A stretch of DNA of 64,000 nucleotides from an uncultured Bifidobacteriaceae bacterium (GCA_964501785.1 CAZCUD010000004.1:111652-175651); one strand, 5' to 3'; shown: positions 28,203 to 37,886, counted from the first letter of the stretch. Made by a program: numbers and translations. The notes: generated by a model from the letters alone, not told the origin.

Positions 28203-28817
28203 CAGGAGCGTGACGACCTTGCCGTAGATGGAGACGTCGGCCGGGTCGAAGATCATCTCGTCCATGGTCGGGTTCTCGGGGCGCAGCACGACCTTGCCCC
28301 GACGCTTGAGGTAGGTCTTGACGGTGGCTTCCTCGCCGGGGATGCCCGCGACGACGACCTCGCCGGGATCGGCGTCGGGCTGCTGGCGCACGACGACGTA
28401 GTCGCCGTCGAGGATGCCCGCGTCGACCATCGAGTCGCCGCGGACGCGCAGCATGAACAGCTGGCCGGCACCGGTGAAGTCCTCGGGGACGGGGACGCTC
28501 TCCTCGATGTTCTCGGCCGCGAGGACGCCCGTGCCGGCGGCGACGTCGCCGACCAGCGGGATGTGGCGGACCGGCCGTCGCTCGACCTGGGCGCCGGACT
28601 CCGCCTCGTAGACGAGCTCGATGGCCCGCGGCTTGGTGGGGTCGCGCTTGAGGTAGCCCTTGTCCTGGAGGGCGGCCAGGTGCGCGTGGACGGTCGAGCT
28701 CGACGAGAGGCCGACGGCCTCGCCGATCTCTCGCACGCTGGGGGGATACCCCCGGTCGCGCACCTCGGCGTCGATGAACTCGAGTACCTGCCGCTGACGA
28801 TCCGTGAGCTCGGTCAT
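28188..28817 (-). CDS. lexA: LexA repressor
   Basis: It has a winged-helix N-domain (LTDRQRQVLEFI...PPSVREIGEAVGLSSSSTVHAHL) and S24 peptidase Ser/Lys contexts (VRGDSM, VKTYLKR). Confidence 0.95.
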   Translation of the reverse strand: MTELTDRQRQVLEFIDAEVRDRGYPPSVREIGEAVGLSSSSTVHAHLAALQDKGYLKRDPTKPRAIELVYEAESGAQVERRPVRHIPLVGDVAAGTGVLAAENIEESVPVPEDFTGAGQLFMLRVRGDSMVDAGILDGDYVVVRQQPDADPGEVVVAGIPGEEATVKTYLKRRGKVVLRPENPTMDEMIFDPADVSIYGKVVTLLRRLN

Positions 28818-28833
28818 GCGCGCAACGTAACAC

Positions 28834-28862
28834 GATCAGGTGTTCGGGGCAAACACCTGTTC
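28834..28862. promoter_or_regulatory. two degenerate SOS-box-like sites next to the lexA start, together forming an 8-bp inverted repeat
   Basis: The two sites are GATC-AGGT-GTTC (28834-28845) and AAAC-ACCT-GTTC (28851-28862). CAGGTGTT-N7-AACACCTG spans 28837-28859. Confidence 0.4.
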
Positions 28863-28906
28863 GCTCGACGGCCGGCGAGCCGTGAGAAGGGCCTGCGGGA
28901 CCATCC

Positions 28907-28962
28907 GAACATCCGTTCTTGACTCCGAACACCCGTTCGTGCTTGGATGCGAACAGGCGTTC
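28907..28962. promoter_or_regulatory. three perfect LexA boxes (GAAC-N4-GTTC) in the lexA / LysM-gene divergent region
   Basis: The boxes are GAACATCCGTTC (28907-28918), GAACACCCGTTC (28927-28938) and GAACAGGCGTTC (28951-28962). Confidence 0.75.
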
Positions 28963-29089
28963 GTGGACACAGGAGCGCGGGGTACCCAGATCCGTTGCGG
29001 CACAAGGCTCGCAGCGCTGTCACACCCCCGTGGTCCGATCTTCCCCGGTCCACGGTCGCACGAGCGGCCCCGAAGCACAGGAACCGACG

Positions 29090-29536
29090 ATGGCAGCGAT
29101 CACGACCTCACCCGGATACGACACGGCGCTCTGGACCGCGACCAGGCGCCGTGCTCCCAGCGGAGCCATCCCGCGTCACGGGTCCCGGGTGTCGCGCACG
29201 AGCCCTGCGACCTTCCGGCGCCGACGCCTGGCCGTGGCCACGTCGGCGTTGGGAGGCCTGGTGCTCGTCGCAGCAACGGCGGGCGTAGCGCTCGGGGGCA
29301 TCCCCCTCGCAGCTCCCGAGCGCCGCCCCGCCTCTGTCTCCACGATCCAGGCCGCCGCCGGCGCGCCCGACGCGGGCGCGCTCGCCACCGTCGTGGTCGA
29401 GCCCGGCGACACCCTGTGGTCGATCGCGAGCCGCCTCGCGCCGCACGACGACCCACGGCCGCTGGTCGACGAGCTGTCGTCCGCACGCGATGGCGCTCCG
29501 CTCCAGGTCGGCGAGCGCATCCGGATCCCGCAGTAG
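29090..29536 (+). CDS. membrane-anchored LysM-domain protein, SOS-regulated by context (positional analogue of ChiZ/DivS)
   Basis: ATG at 29090 within ORF 28919..29536. It has one TM helix (LAVATSALGGLVLVAATAGVAL) and a C-terminal LysM domain (VVVEPGDTLWSIASRL...LQVGERIRIP). It is divergent from lexA behind the SOS boxes. Confidence 0.7.
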   Translation: MAAITTSPGYDTALWTATRRRAPSGAIPRHGSRVSRTSPATFRRRRLAVATSALGGLVLVAATAGVALGGIPLAAPERRPASVSTIQAAAGAPDAGALATVVVEPGDTLWSIASRLAPHDDPRPLVDELSSARDGAPLQVGERIRIPQ

Positions 29537-29596
29537 GCGTCCCGACGCGAGCCGGCTGGCACGCCGTGGCGCCGGACGACCGGTACCGTGGGAGCC

Positions 29597-30076
29597 GTGC
29601 GCTGCCCCTATTGCGAGCACGACGACGACAAGGTCGTCGACTCGCGGTCGCTCGAGGGCGGGGCCGCGGTGCGTCGGCGTCGGGAGTGCCTCGCCTGCGG
29701 CCGCCGCTACACCACCCACGAGCGGGTGGTGGAGCTCCCCCTGATGGTCGTGAAGCGCTCGGGGCTCAAAGAGCCCTTCGAGGGCGCCAAGCTCGCCGAC
29801 GGCATCGGCAAGGCGGTCGCGGGGCGCGCCATCACGCCCGAGATGGTCGAGGCGATCGTGGCCGGCGTCGAGGAGGACGCTCGGGCGTCGGGCCCGGAGG
29901 TCACCAGCGACGTGCTCGGCATGGCGGTGCTGGAGCGCCTGGGGCAGCTCGACGACGTGGCCTACCTGCGCTTCGCCTCGGTCTACAAGGGCTTCGCCGA
30001 CGCCTCCGACTTCGAGCGGGAGGCCGTGGCCCTGCGCAAGGTCACCGCCCCCAAGCGTCGGCGCCCGGCCCGCTGA
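29597..30076 (+). CDS. nrdR: transcriptional repressor NrdR
   Basis: It has a Zn-ribbon (RCPYCEHDDDKVVDSR...CLACGRRYTTHE) plus an ATP-cone. The GTG at 29597 is preferred; the alternative GTG is at 29588. Confidence 0.9.
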   Translation: MRCPYCEHDDDKVVDSRSLEGGAAVRRRRECLACGRRYTTHERVVELPLMVVKRSGLKEPFEGAKLADGIGKAVAGRAITPEMVEAIVAGVEEDARASGPEVTSDVLGMAVLERLGQLDDVAYLRFASVYKGFADASDFEREAVALRKVTAPKRRRPAR

Positions 30077-30164
30077 GGCCGACCTCGGCCGACGGGGCGA
30101 GGGGCGCCTGGGGCCGCTGTTGCTCCTGCGCCTCGGCGTGGCTGGCGCTCGCGAAAGTTGCCGG

Positions 30165-30194
30165 TTGACACGCGTGGAATTTCGGTGTTGTAAT
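30165..30194 (+). promoter_or_regulatory. sigma-70-type promoter for nrdJ
   Basis: TTGACA (30165-30170), an 18-nt spacer, then TGTAAT (30189-30194). Confidence 0.5.
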
Positions 30195-30196
30195 TC

Positions 30197-30212
30197 ACGC
30201 CGCATCTCGCGT
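30197..30212. promoter_or_regulatory. weak candidate upstream NrdR box
   Basis: ACGCCGCATCTCGCGT is partly palindromic and shares the central ATCT with the strong box. Its centre is 31 bp from the centre of the 30225-30246 palindrome, the usual two-box spacing. Confidence 0.3.
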
Positions 30213-30224
30213 TCCGGGGGGAGA

Positions 30225-30246
30225 AGACCACAAGATCTTGTGGTCT
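30225..30246. promoter_or_regulatory. NrdR box (perfect 22-bp palindrome)
   Basis: The sequence is AGACCACAAGATCTTGTGGTCT. The core CCACAAGATCTTGTGG fits the CAC..A-T-rich..GTG NrdR-box pattern. It lies just downstream of the -10 element and upstream of nrdJ. Confidence 0.65.
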
Positions 30247-30348
30247 AGGATCGGAAGATCCTGTCGTCTCGGGCACGGGCAACCGACCAACCACCACGAC
30301 GGACCCGAGCAGGGGACACCCGACCAGGGGACAGGGGAGGACGCACTC

Positions 30349-33162
30349 ATGGCGATGGCGCCGGAGCAGATCGGCATCGGGATCCGTCGGTACTTCACCG
30401 AGCCGGGCACCCACCCGTACGAGACGGTCGCCTGGGAGCAGCGCGACGCCCGGATCCAGAACTTCAAGGACGGCACCGACGCCTTCTTCCAGCCCGACGT
30501 CGAGTTCCCGGTCGCGTGGTCCCAGAACGCCACCAACATCGTCGCCCAGAAGTACTTCCGCGGCACCCTCGGCACGCCCGAGCGCGAGTCGTCGCTGAAG
30601 CAGGTCATCGACCGGGTCGCCGACACCATCACCGCGTGGGGCATGCGCGACGGCTACTTCGTCGACGAGCAGGAAGGCGCGGCCTTCCGCAACGAGCTCA
30701 AGTACATCCTCGTGCACCAGCGCGCGTCCTTCAACTCACCGGTGTGGTTCAACATCGGCGTCGACGGCGTGCCCGCGCAGGCGTCGGCGTGCTTCATCCT
30801 CGCCGTCGAGGACACGATGGACGGGATCCTCAACTGGTACCGGGAGGAGGGGATCATCTTCAAGGGCGGTTCGGGCTCGGGCATCAACCTCTCGGGCATC
30901 CGGTCGTCCGCGGAGCACCTCGCCGGCGGCGGCACCGCGAGCGGGCCGGTGAGCTTCATGCGCGGCGCCGACGCGTCGGCGGGCACGATCAAGTCGGGCG
31001 GCAAGACCCGGCGCGCCGCGAAGATGGTCATCCTCGACGTCGACCACCCCGACGTCGAGGAGTTCATCTGGTGCAAGGCGCGCGAGGAGCACAAGGCCCG
31101 CGCGCTTCGCGACGCCGGGTTCGACATGGACCTCGACGGCCGCGACTCGCACTCCATCCAGTACCAGAACGCCAACAACTCGGTGCGGGTCAGCGACGAC
31201 TTCATGCAAGCGGTCGCCGACGACGCCGACTGGGACCTCAAGGCCGTCACGACCGGCGAGACCCTCAAGACGATCCGGGCGCGCGACCTCATGCAGCAGA
31301 TCGCGCAGGCCGCCTGGGAGTGCGCCGACCCGGGCATGCAGTACGACACGACGATCAACCGCTGGCACACCGCGCCCAACACGGGCCGCATCAACGCGTC
31401 CAACCCCTGCTCCGAGTACATGCACCTCGACAACTCGGCGTGCAACCTCGCCAGCATCAACCTCCTGAAGTACCTGGGCGACGACGGCTCGTTCGACGTC
31501 GAGGGCTTCAAGCACACGGTCGAGGTCGTGTTCACCGCGCAGGAGATCCTGGTCGGGAACGCCGACTACCCGACCGAGAAGATCGGTGAGAACAGCCGCC
31601 GCTTCCGTCAGCTCGGGCTCGGCTACGCCAACCTCGGGGCGCTGCTGATGGCCCAGGGCCTGGCGTACGACTCCGACGAGGGACGCGCCTGGGCGGGCGC
31701 GATCACCGCGCTGATGACCGGGCACGCCTACGCGACGAGCGCGCGCACGGCCGGCCGCATGGGTCCCTTCGCCGGCTTCGCCGAGAACGCCGAGCCGATG
31801 GTCGACGTGCTGCGCATGCACCGGGGTGCCGTCGCCGAGATCGACGAGGAGAAGGTGCCCGTCGAGCTGCTCGGTGCCGCACAGCGGGCGTGGGACGAGG
31901 CGGTCGAGGTCGGCGAGGTGCACGGCGTGCGCAACTCGCAGGCCAGCGTCCTCGCGCCCACCGGCACCATCGGCTTGATGATGGACTGCGACACCACCGG
32001 CATCGAGCCCGACCTCGCGCTCACGAAGGCCAAGAAGCTCGTCGGTGGCGGCACCATGATGATCGTCAACCAGACGATCCCGCGCGCGCTGCGCAAGCTC
32101 GGCTACGCCGACGAGCAGGCCCAGGCGATCGTCGATCACATCCACGAGCACAAGTCGATCTTCGGTGCGCCGCACTTCAAGGAAGAGCACCTGCCCGTCT
32201 TCGCGTGCTCGATGGGCGACAACACGATCCATTACATGGGTCACGTGAAGATGATGGGCGCGGCGCAGCCGTTCCTCTCGGGGGCCATCTCCAAGACCGT
32301 CAACATGCCCGAGGACGTCACGGTCGACGACGTCGGCGAGCTCTACATGGAGTCGTGGCGGCTGGGCCTGAAGGCCGTCGCGATCTACCGCGACAACTGC
32401 AAGGTCGCACAGCCCCTCGCCACGCAGAAGAAGGAGGGGGAGGGCGCCGACGGCGGCGAGGCCGACGCGCTCGCCCGGCAGGTCGAGCGGATCGTCGAGA
32501 CCGTCATCGTGCAGGAGCCGGTGCGTCAGAAGCCTCCGCGCACCCGCAACTCGAAGACGTTCTCGTTCCGCGTGGCCGACTGCCACGGCTACGCGACGGT
32601 GGGTGAGTTCGAGGACGGACGCCCGGCCGAGATCTTCTTGAAGGTCGCCAAGCAGGGCTCGACGCTCGCCGGCATCATGGACGCCTTCGCGATCTCGGTG
32701 AGCCACGGGCTCCAGTACGGCGTGCCCCTCAAGGCCTTCGTCGACATGTTCACCAACATGCGCTTCGACCCGGCCGGCATGACCGACGACCCAGACATCC
32801 GGTTCGCGACGAGCCTGGTCGACTACCTGTTCCGCCGTCTCGCGGTCGAGTACCTGCCGTTCGACGAGCGCAAGGAGCTCGGCGTGCTCACGGTCGCGGA
32901 GCGCAGCGAACCGACGCTGCCGGGCGTGGCCGAGGCCGCGACACCTCAGCAGCCCGCGATCGACCTGCTCCCGCCCGAAGATCGGGCACCGTCGTCGTCG
33001 CACCCGTCGCTCGGTGCGTCGGCCGGGGGTGGCGCGAGCGCGCCGGAGGCCCGGGTGCCCGACGCCGAGATGGTGCTGTGCCACGTCTGCGGCGACATCA
33101 TGCAGCGGGCCGGGTCGTGCCACGCGTGTCCGTCCTGCGGCGCGACGAGCGGCTGCTCCTGA
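30349..33162 (+). CDS. nrdJ: adenosylcobalamin-dependent ribonucleoside-diphosphate/triphosphate reductase (class II)
   Basis: The ATG at 30349 is preceded by GGGGAGG. It has class II RNR blocks (NPCSEY..., SACNLASINL, TGIEPD) and a C-terminal Cys-rich Zn-ribbon tail (CHVCGDIMQRAGSCHACPSCG). Confidence 0.9.
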   Translation: MAMAPEQIGIGIRRYFTEPGTHPYETVAWEQRDARIQNFKDGTDAFFQPDVEFPVAWSQNATNIVAQKYFRGTLGTPERESSLKQVIDRVADTITAWGMRDGYFVDEQEGAAFRNELKYILVHQRASFNSPVWFNIGVDGVPAQASACFILAVEDTMDGILNWYREEGIIFKGGSGSGINLSGIRSSAEHLAGGGTASGPVSFMRGADASAGTIKSGGKTRRAAKMVILDVDHPDVEEFIWCKAREEHKARALRDAGFDMDLDGRDSHSIQYQNANNSVRVSDDFMQAVADDADWDLKAVTTGETLKTIRARDLMQQIAQAAWECADPGMQYDTTINRWHTAPNTGRINASNPCSEYMHLDNSACNLASINLLKYLGDDGSFDVEGFKHTVEVVFTAQEILVGNADYPTEKIGENSRRFRQLGLGYANLGALLMAQGLAYDSDEGRAWAGAITALMTGHAYATSARTAGRMGPFAGFAENAEPMVDVLRMHRGAVAEIDEEKVPVELLGAAQRAWDEAVEVGEVHGVRNSQASVLAPTGTIGLMMDCDTTGIEPDLALTKAKKLVGGGTMMIVNQTIPRALRKLGYADEQAQAIVDHIHEHKSIFGAPHFKEEHLPVFACSMGDNTIHYMGHVKMMGAAQPFLSGAISKTVNMPEDVTVDDVGELYMESWRLGLKAVAIYRDNCKVAQPLATQKKEGEGADGGEADALARQVERIVETVIVQEPVRQKPPRTRNSKTFSFRVADCHGYATVGEFEDGRPAEIFLKVAKQGSTLAGIMDAFAISVSHGLQYGVPLKAFVDMFTNMRFDPAGMTDDPDIRFATSLVDYLFRRLAVEYLPFDERKELGVLTVAERSEPTLPGVAEAATPQQPAIDLLPPEDRAPSSSHPSLGASAGGGASAPEARVPDAEMVLCHVCGDIMQRAGSCHACPSCGATSGCS

Positions 33163-33227
33163 GGCGGGGCGGGCGCGGGACGTAGGTCCCTGGCCTCGTC
33201 GGGCGGGGAAGCCCCAGACTGTCGCCC

Positions 33228-34166
33228 GTGTCGGTCGCGATCTCGATCTCGGGCTTGGTGAAGACGTTCGGCGCGTTCCGTGCGCTCGACGGGCTCGACC
33301 TCGAGGTCTCCGCCGGCGAGGTGCACGGCTTCCTCGGCCCGAACGGCTCGGGCAAGACGACGACCATCCGGGTGCTGCTCGGGATGCTGCGGACCGACTC
33401 GGGCGCGGTCTCGCTGCTCGGGGGCGACCCGTGGCGCGATGCGGTCGCCCTGCACCGCCGCCTCGCGTACGTGCCGGGCGAGGTGACCCTCTGGCCCAAG
33501 CTCAGCGGCGGAGAGGTCATCGATCTGCTCGGTCGGTTGCGCGGCGACCTCGACCCGAAGCGGCGCGACGAGCTGCTCGAGCGCTTCGAGCTCGACCCCA
33601 CGAAGAAGGCCCGCACGTACTCGAAGGGCAATCGGCAGAAGGTGGGACTGGTCGCTGCGCTCGCGTCGTCGGCCGAGCTGCTGATCCTCGACGAGCCGAC
33701 CTCGGGGCTCGATCCGCTCATGGAAGCGGTGTTCCAGGACTGCGTCCACGACCTCAAGGCCGAAGGTCGCACCGTGCTCCTGTCGAGCCACATCCTCGCC
33801 GAGGTCGAGGCGACGTGCGATCGGGTCACGATCATCAGGGCCGGTCGCACGACGGAGAGCGGGACGCTCGCGGAGCTGCGTCACCTCACCCGCACCTCGA
33901 TCGTCGTCGAGACCTCGCGTCCCGCCGAGGGGCTGGCCGGCGTGCCCGGCGTCCACGGCCTCGAGCTGCAGGGCGCCCAGGCTCGCTTCGAGGTCGACTC
34001 CGCGCACCTCGACGACGTGATGCGGGTGCTGACCGAGCTGGGGGTGACGAGCCTCGTGAGCCACCCACCGACCCTCGAGGAGCTGTTCCTCCGTCACTAC
34101 GGCGATCAGCTCGCCCACGTCCATGGCACCGATCCCCGCGCGCAGTCGGACGGGTCCCCTGGATGA
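33228..34166 (+). CDS. ABC transporter ATP-binding protein
   Basis: It has Walker [10 protein letters not shown], the signature [14 protein letters not shown] and Walker [13 protein letters not shown]. Confidence 0.9.
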   Translation: MSVAISISGLVKTFGAFRALDGLDLEVSAGEVHGFLGPNGSGKTTTIRVLLGMLRTDSGAVSLLGGDPWRDAVALHRRLAYVPGEVTLWPKLSGGEVIDLLGRLRGDLDPKRRDELLERFELDPTKKARTYSKGNRQKVGLVAALASSAELLILDEPTSGLDPLMEAVFQDCVHDLKAEGRTVLLSSHILAEVEATCDRVTIIRAGRTTESGTLAELRHLTRTSIVVETSRPAEGLAGVPGVHGLELQGAQARFEVDSAHLDDVMRVLTELGVTSLVSHPPTLEELFLRHYGDQLAHVHGTDPRAQSDGSPG

Positions 34167-35752
34167 CGAGCGCCGCGCTCACCGGGTCCGGTGCACTGTC
34201 GTGGTTCGCGCTGCGGCGCGATCGAGTGCGCATCGCGACCTGGATCGTGTCGATCGCGGGCCTCGTCGTCGTGACCGTTGCGAGCATCAAGGGCCTGTAT
34301 CCCACTCGCGCCGATCTCGTGCAGGCAGCGATCGCGTCCGAGGGCAATGCCGCGGCGATCGCCTTCAACGGCCCTGCGCAGGGTCTCGACACCGTCGGCG
34401 GACAGGTCGCGTTCCAGATGGGGTCGTTCGGGCTCGTCGCGGTGGGGCTGATGACGCTGCTGATCGTGGGGCGCCTCACGCGCGGTGAGGAGGAGTCGGG
34501 CCGGCTCGAGCTGGTGCGCTCCCTGCCCGTCGGCGCCGACGCTCCGAACGCGACGGCGCTGCTGATCGCGGGTGGGATGAACGTGGTGGTGGGCGCCGCG
34601 GTCGCGGTCGTCCTGCTCGCACTCGGCCTGCCCACCGAGGGCTCGGTGGTGTTCGGCATCTCGTTCATGCTCTTCGGCCTGGTGTTCATCGGGGTGACGC
34701 TCGTCGCAGCGCAGATCAGCGAGAACACACGGGTCGTCTACGGGATCGCCGGGGCAGTGCTCGGAGCGGCCTTCGCCCTGCGTGCGGTCGGCGACATCGG
34801 TGACGGCACCATCTCGTGGCTGTCACCGATCGGATGGGCGCAGAAGGCACGACCCTTCGCCGGTGAGGTGTGGTGGCCGTTCCTGATCATGATCGCGGCG
34901 GCGGGCGCGCTGGTCGCCGGGGCGGTCGTCCTGGGCCGGCGACGCGACGTCGGCGGCGGGCTCGTCGCCCCGCGGGCCGGACCGGCGCACGCGTCGAGGG
35001 GTCTCGGCCGGCCGATCGGTCTGGCGCTGCGCCTCCAGCGGGCCAGCGTCGTGGGGTGGGGCACGGCGGTGCTGCTGCTCGGCGTCGCCTACGGATCGAT
35101 CGCCGACAGCATCAACGACTTCATCGAGGACAACGAGACGGTTGCCGAGGTCTTCACGGCTCGTACGGGCGCGAGCATCGTCGACTCGTACCTGTCGATG
35201 TCGTTCCGGATCGTCGCCCTGGTCGCTGCAGGGTTCGCGATCCAAGCAGTGCTGCGCATCCGTGGCGAGGAGACGTCGATGCATGCCGAGCAGATCCTCG
35301 CGACGCCGACGTCGCGCGCACGATGGGCAGCCGGGCACCTCGTGGTCGCGACGCTCGGCTCGGTCGTCCTGCTGCTCGTCGCCGCGGTCGCGGTCGGAGG
35401 ATCGGCTGCGGCCGTGACCGGAGACGTCACCGTGCTCCGGGAGGCGTTCGGCGCGTCGCTGGCATACCTGCCGGCGCTCGGAGTGATGATGGGCGTCACC
35501 ATGGGTCTCGTGGGCGCAGCTCCACGCGTGTCCGGTGCCGCGTGGGGGCTGTTCGCGTTCGCCTTCGTCGTCGCGATGCTCGGCCAGGTGCTCGACCTCC
35601 CGACGTGGGTGCTCGAGCTGTCGCCGTTCGAGCACGTGCCGCAGCTGCCGGCGGAGGGCGTCGCCGTCCTGCCGCTCGTCCTGCTCGGCGTCGTCGCGAT
35701 CGGTCTGGGAGCGTTCGGTCTCGCGGCGCTTCGTCGCCGTGACCTCGGATAG
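34163..35752 (+). CDS. ABC exporter permease (ABC-2 / antibiotic-exporter type, about 12 TM)
   Basis: The ATG at 34163 overlaps the ATPase stop (ATGA). The protein is polytopic and hydrophobic, 529 aa. Confidence 0.8.
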   Translation: MTSAALTGSGALSWFALRRDRVRIATWIVSIAGLVVVTVASIKGLYPTRADLVQAAIASEGNAAAIAFNGPAQGLDTVGGQVAFQMGSFGLVAVGLMTLLIVGRLTRGEEESGRLELVRSLPVGADAPNATALLIAGGMNVVVGAAVAVVLLALGLPTEGSVVFGISFMLFGLVFIGVTLVAAQISENTRVVYGIAGAVLGAAFALRAVGDIGDGTISWLSPIGWAQKARPFAGEVWWPFLIMIAAAGALVAGAVVLGRRRDVGGGLVAPRAGPAHASRGLGRPIGLALRLQRASVVGWGTAVLLLGVAYGSIADSINDFIEDNETVAEVFTARTGASIVDSYLSMSFRIVALVAAGFAIQAVLRIRGEETSMHAEQILATPTSRARWAAGHLVVATLGSVVLLLVAAVAVGGSAAAVTGDVTVLREAFGASLAYLPALGVMMGVTMGLVGAAPRVSGAAWGLFAFAFVVAMLGQVLDLPTWVLELSPFEHVPQLPAEGVAVLPLVLLGVVAIGLGAFGLAALRRRDLG

Positions 35753-35759
35753 CCGACGC

Positions 35760-36461
35760 GTGCGGGAGGTCGGCAAGCTCATCGCGAGCGGTCGCGACGG
35801 CGCCATCTACGAGTACGGCGAGGGACTCGTCCTGCGCCGCGCTCGAGACGGGCGAAGCCTCGCCGGTGAGGCGCGCATCCTCGAGCACGTGTACGCGGCC
35901 GGGCTGCCGGTTCCAGAGGTGCACGATCTGCGGGCGGGCGACACCGAGCTGGTGATGGAGCGCATTCACGGGCCGACGATGGTGCAGGCGTTCACCCGGG
36001 CTCCGTGGCGCGTCGGTCGGCACACTCGGGTGCTCGCCGACCTGCATCGGCAGGTGCACGCGATCCCGGGTCCCGACTGGTTGCCGCAGGTTCCCGACGG
36101 CGGCGACCGGTTGGTGCACCTCGACCTCCACCCGCTCAACGTCATCTACGGACCCGACGGTCCGGTGCTGATCGACTGGACGAACGCGTCGCGCGGGCGC
36201 GCGGAGACCGACCTCGCCCAGACCTGGCTGATCATCGAGTCGGCCGACACCTCGGGGGAGGGCCTCGTCGCTCGGGTCGCCGGCCCGATGCAAGGGCTGA
36301 TCGCGAGGCGCTTCGTGGCCGAGTTCGATCGCGCCGCGATCGTGCCGTTCCTGCGCCCCGTCGCCGACGTGCGATCGCTGGACCGCAACATGCACGCGTC
36401 GGAGATCGAGGCGATGTACCGGATCGTGGAGCGCGAGGAGCGCCGGCTCGGCAGCTCCTGA
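35760..36461 (+). CDS. phosphotransferase (APH / choline-kinase-like) family protein
   Basis: It has the kinase-like Brenner motif LVHLDLHPLNVIY and DWTNAS. The GTG start at 35760 is tentative. Confidence 0.65.
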   Translation: MREVGKLIASGRDGAIYEYGEGLVLRRARDGRSLAGEARILEHVYAAGLPVPEVHDLRAGDTELVMERIHGPTMVQAFTRAPWRVGRHTRVLADLHRQVHAIPGPDWLPQVPDGGDRLVHLDLHPLNVIYGPDGPVLIDWTNASRGRAETDLAQTWLIIESADTSGEGLVARVAGPMQGLIARRFVAEFDRAAIVPFLRPVADVRSLDRNMHASEIEAMYRIVEREERRLGSS

Positions 36462-36547
36462 CGTCCGCCCTACCCGGCTCACGGGCTCTGCGGAACCCCG
36501 CGGGCTGCTCTCAGGCGCCTCACAACGCACGGTGGTGAAGTGGCCCC

Positions 36548-36961
36548 ATGGACGACCTCGCCGCGACTCCCGAACCGCCCCCGGGCGAGGCCGCTGCCCC
36601 GCAGCTGCCGGGAGCTCGGGCCCGGCGGCGCCGCGCCAAGGAGCGATCGCGGCGGTTCCGCAGGAGCCGCATCGTCGTGGCGGGCGCGAGCGCCGCCACG
36701 ATGGGCACGCTCGCCGCCGCGATGGCACTGACCGCGCCGACGGCCGCCACCACGTCGTCGCCCTCTCCCTCGTCGGACTCTGGGACGTCGGTCAGGTCGG
36801 GGTCGTCGTCGACGTACGAGCCCGACGACTCGGACGAGTCCTGGGAGGACTCCTCCTCCGACGACGACTCGTCCGGCGCCGCGACGCCCTACGACGACGG
36901 CTCGTCGGCGTCGGCGTCGCCGTCATCGTCTTCGAGCCACACGAGCTCCGGTGGCAGCTGA
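36548..36961 (+). CDS. Arg-rich N-terminus, one hydrophobic segment, then a Ser/Asp-rich low-complexity protein; possibly the detached N-terminal anchor of ApbE
   Basis: The N-terminus reads RRRRAKERSRRFRRSRIVVAGASAATMGTLAAAMALTAP, followed by an S/D/T-rich tail. Its end overlaps the apbE start by 11 nt in another frame. Confidence 0.45.
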   Translation: MDDLAATPEPPPGEAAAPQLPGARARRRRAKERSRRFRRSRIVVAGASAATMGTLAAAMALTAPTAATTSSPSPSSDSGTSVRSGSSSTYEPDDSDESWEDSSSDDDSSGAATPYDDGSSASASPSSSSSHTSSGGS

Positions 36962-37886
36962 GCGGCGCTTCCCCGTGATGGGCACGACGGCCCACGTGGT
37001 CGTCGTCCCCCGGACGCCTGCCGCCGGCGCGGGGCTCCTCGACGCGGCAGAGGCCCGGCTCGCGGAGCTGGAGCAGCGCTGGAGCCGCTTCCTCGCCGAG
37101 AGCGAGGTGAGTCGGGTCAACGGGGCGGGCGGTGACCCGGTCGTCGTGTCACGCGACACGCAGATGCTGTTCGAGCGCGCGCTCGACGGGTGGGAGCGCA
37201 CCGCCGGTCGCTTCGACCCGACCGTGCTGCCCGCGCTCGTCGCGGCGGGCTACGACGAGACGTTCACGGTCGTCGCCGCTCGTGCCTCGCACCCGGAGCA
37301 CGCGCCGGTCGGCGCCGCGCCGGGATGCTGGGGCGTGCGCATCGATCGCGCGACCTCGACCGTCACGCTGCCCACCGGCGTCGGCTTCGACCCGGGCGGG
37401 ATGGGCAAGGGCCTCGCGGCCGACCTCGTCGCCGCCGACCTGACGGCGCTCGGAGCGAGCGGGGTGTGCGTGAACCTCGGTGGCGACCTGCACGTCGACG
37501 GTGACGGTCCCGACGGTCGCGGGTGGCTCGTCGATCTCGAGCATCCGATCTCGACCGAGCTCGACGGGCTCGGTCAGGTGCACCTCGCGTCGGGCGCGGT
37601 CGCGTCGACGTGGCGGACCCGGCGGGCGTGGGGTCCGGTCCGGGATCGGCGGCACCACGTGATCGACCCCGAGGTCGGCGCGCCCGCGTCCACCGGCCTC
37701 GCGGGCGTCGTCGTGCTCACGAGGGCCGCGTGGTGGGCCGAGGTGCTCGCCACCGCGGCGTTCCTCTCCGGGGAGGGCGCGACGAAGCTGCTCGAGGCGC
37801 ACGGCGCGGCCGGGCTCACGGTCGCCGACGACGGTCGCGTGCGAGCGGCGGGGCCGATCGAGGAGCTGCGACCGTGCTGGGCGTGA
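36951..37886 (+). CDS. apbE: FAD:protein FMN transferase (ApbE family)
   Basis: It has FPVMGTTAHVVVV, FDPGGMGKGLAADLV, VNLGGDLHV and HHVIDP motifs. As annotated it has no signal peptide of its own. Confidence 0.8.
   Translation: MAAERRFPVMGTTAHVVVVPRTPAAGAGLLDAAEARLAELEQRWSRFLAESEVSRVNGAGGDPVVVSRDTQMLFERALDGWERTAGRFDPTVLPALVAAGYDETFTVVAARASHPEHAPVGAAPGCWGVRIDRATSTVTLPTGVGFDPGGMGKGLAADLVAADLTALGASGVCVNLGGDLHVDGDGPDGRGWLVDLEHPISTELDGLGQVHLASGAVASTWRTRRAWGPVRDRRHHVIDPEVGAPASTGLAGVVVLTRAAWWAEVLATAAFLSGEGATKLLEAHGAAGLTVADDGRVRAAGPIEELRPCWA

Noticed and set aside
28919-29089. The ORF-track start at 28919 for the LysM protein, and the 442-aa ORF 28840..30168.
   Set aside because: The extension would be translated across the LexA boxes and is Arg/Ser-rich with no features. 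ATG 29090 has an AGGAA motif upstream and begins just before the TM helix. The 442-aa ORF is an alternative-frame artefact crossing nrdR.
30184-30199. GGTGTTGTAATTCACG as the upstream NrdR box.
   Set aside because: Its half-sites have the wrong polarity (GTGT…CAC rather than CAC…GTG). The centre spacing of about 44 bp does not fit the usual 31-32 bp. It overlaps the -10 element instead.
30247-30348. The nrdJ leader as a possible cobalamin riboswitch or other riboswitch.
   Set aside because: It is only about 100 nt, with no B12-box-like element and none of the multi-stem architecture I could trace. B12 riboswitches typically control class I nrd genes, not nrdJ.
36940-36961. The C-terminal …HTSSGGS of the S/D-rich ORF as an ApbE flavinylation motif.
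   Set aside because: It only loosely resembles [DN]xx[ST]G[AS][ST] (Gly in place of Ala/Ser). It lies at the extreme C-terminus of a low-complexity tail with no folded FMN-binding domain, so it is insufficient evidence.
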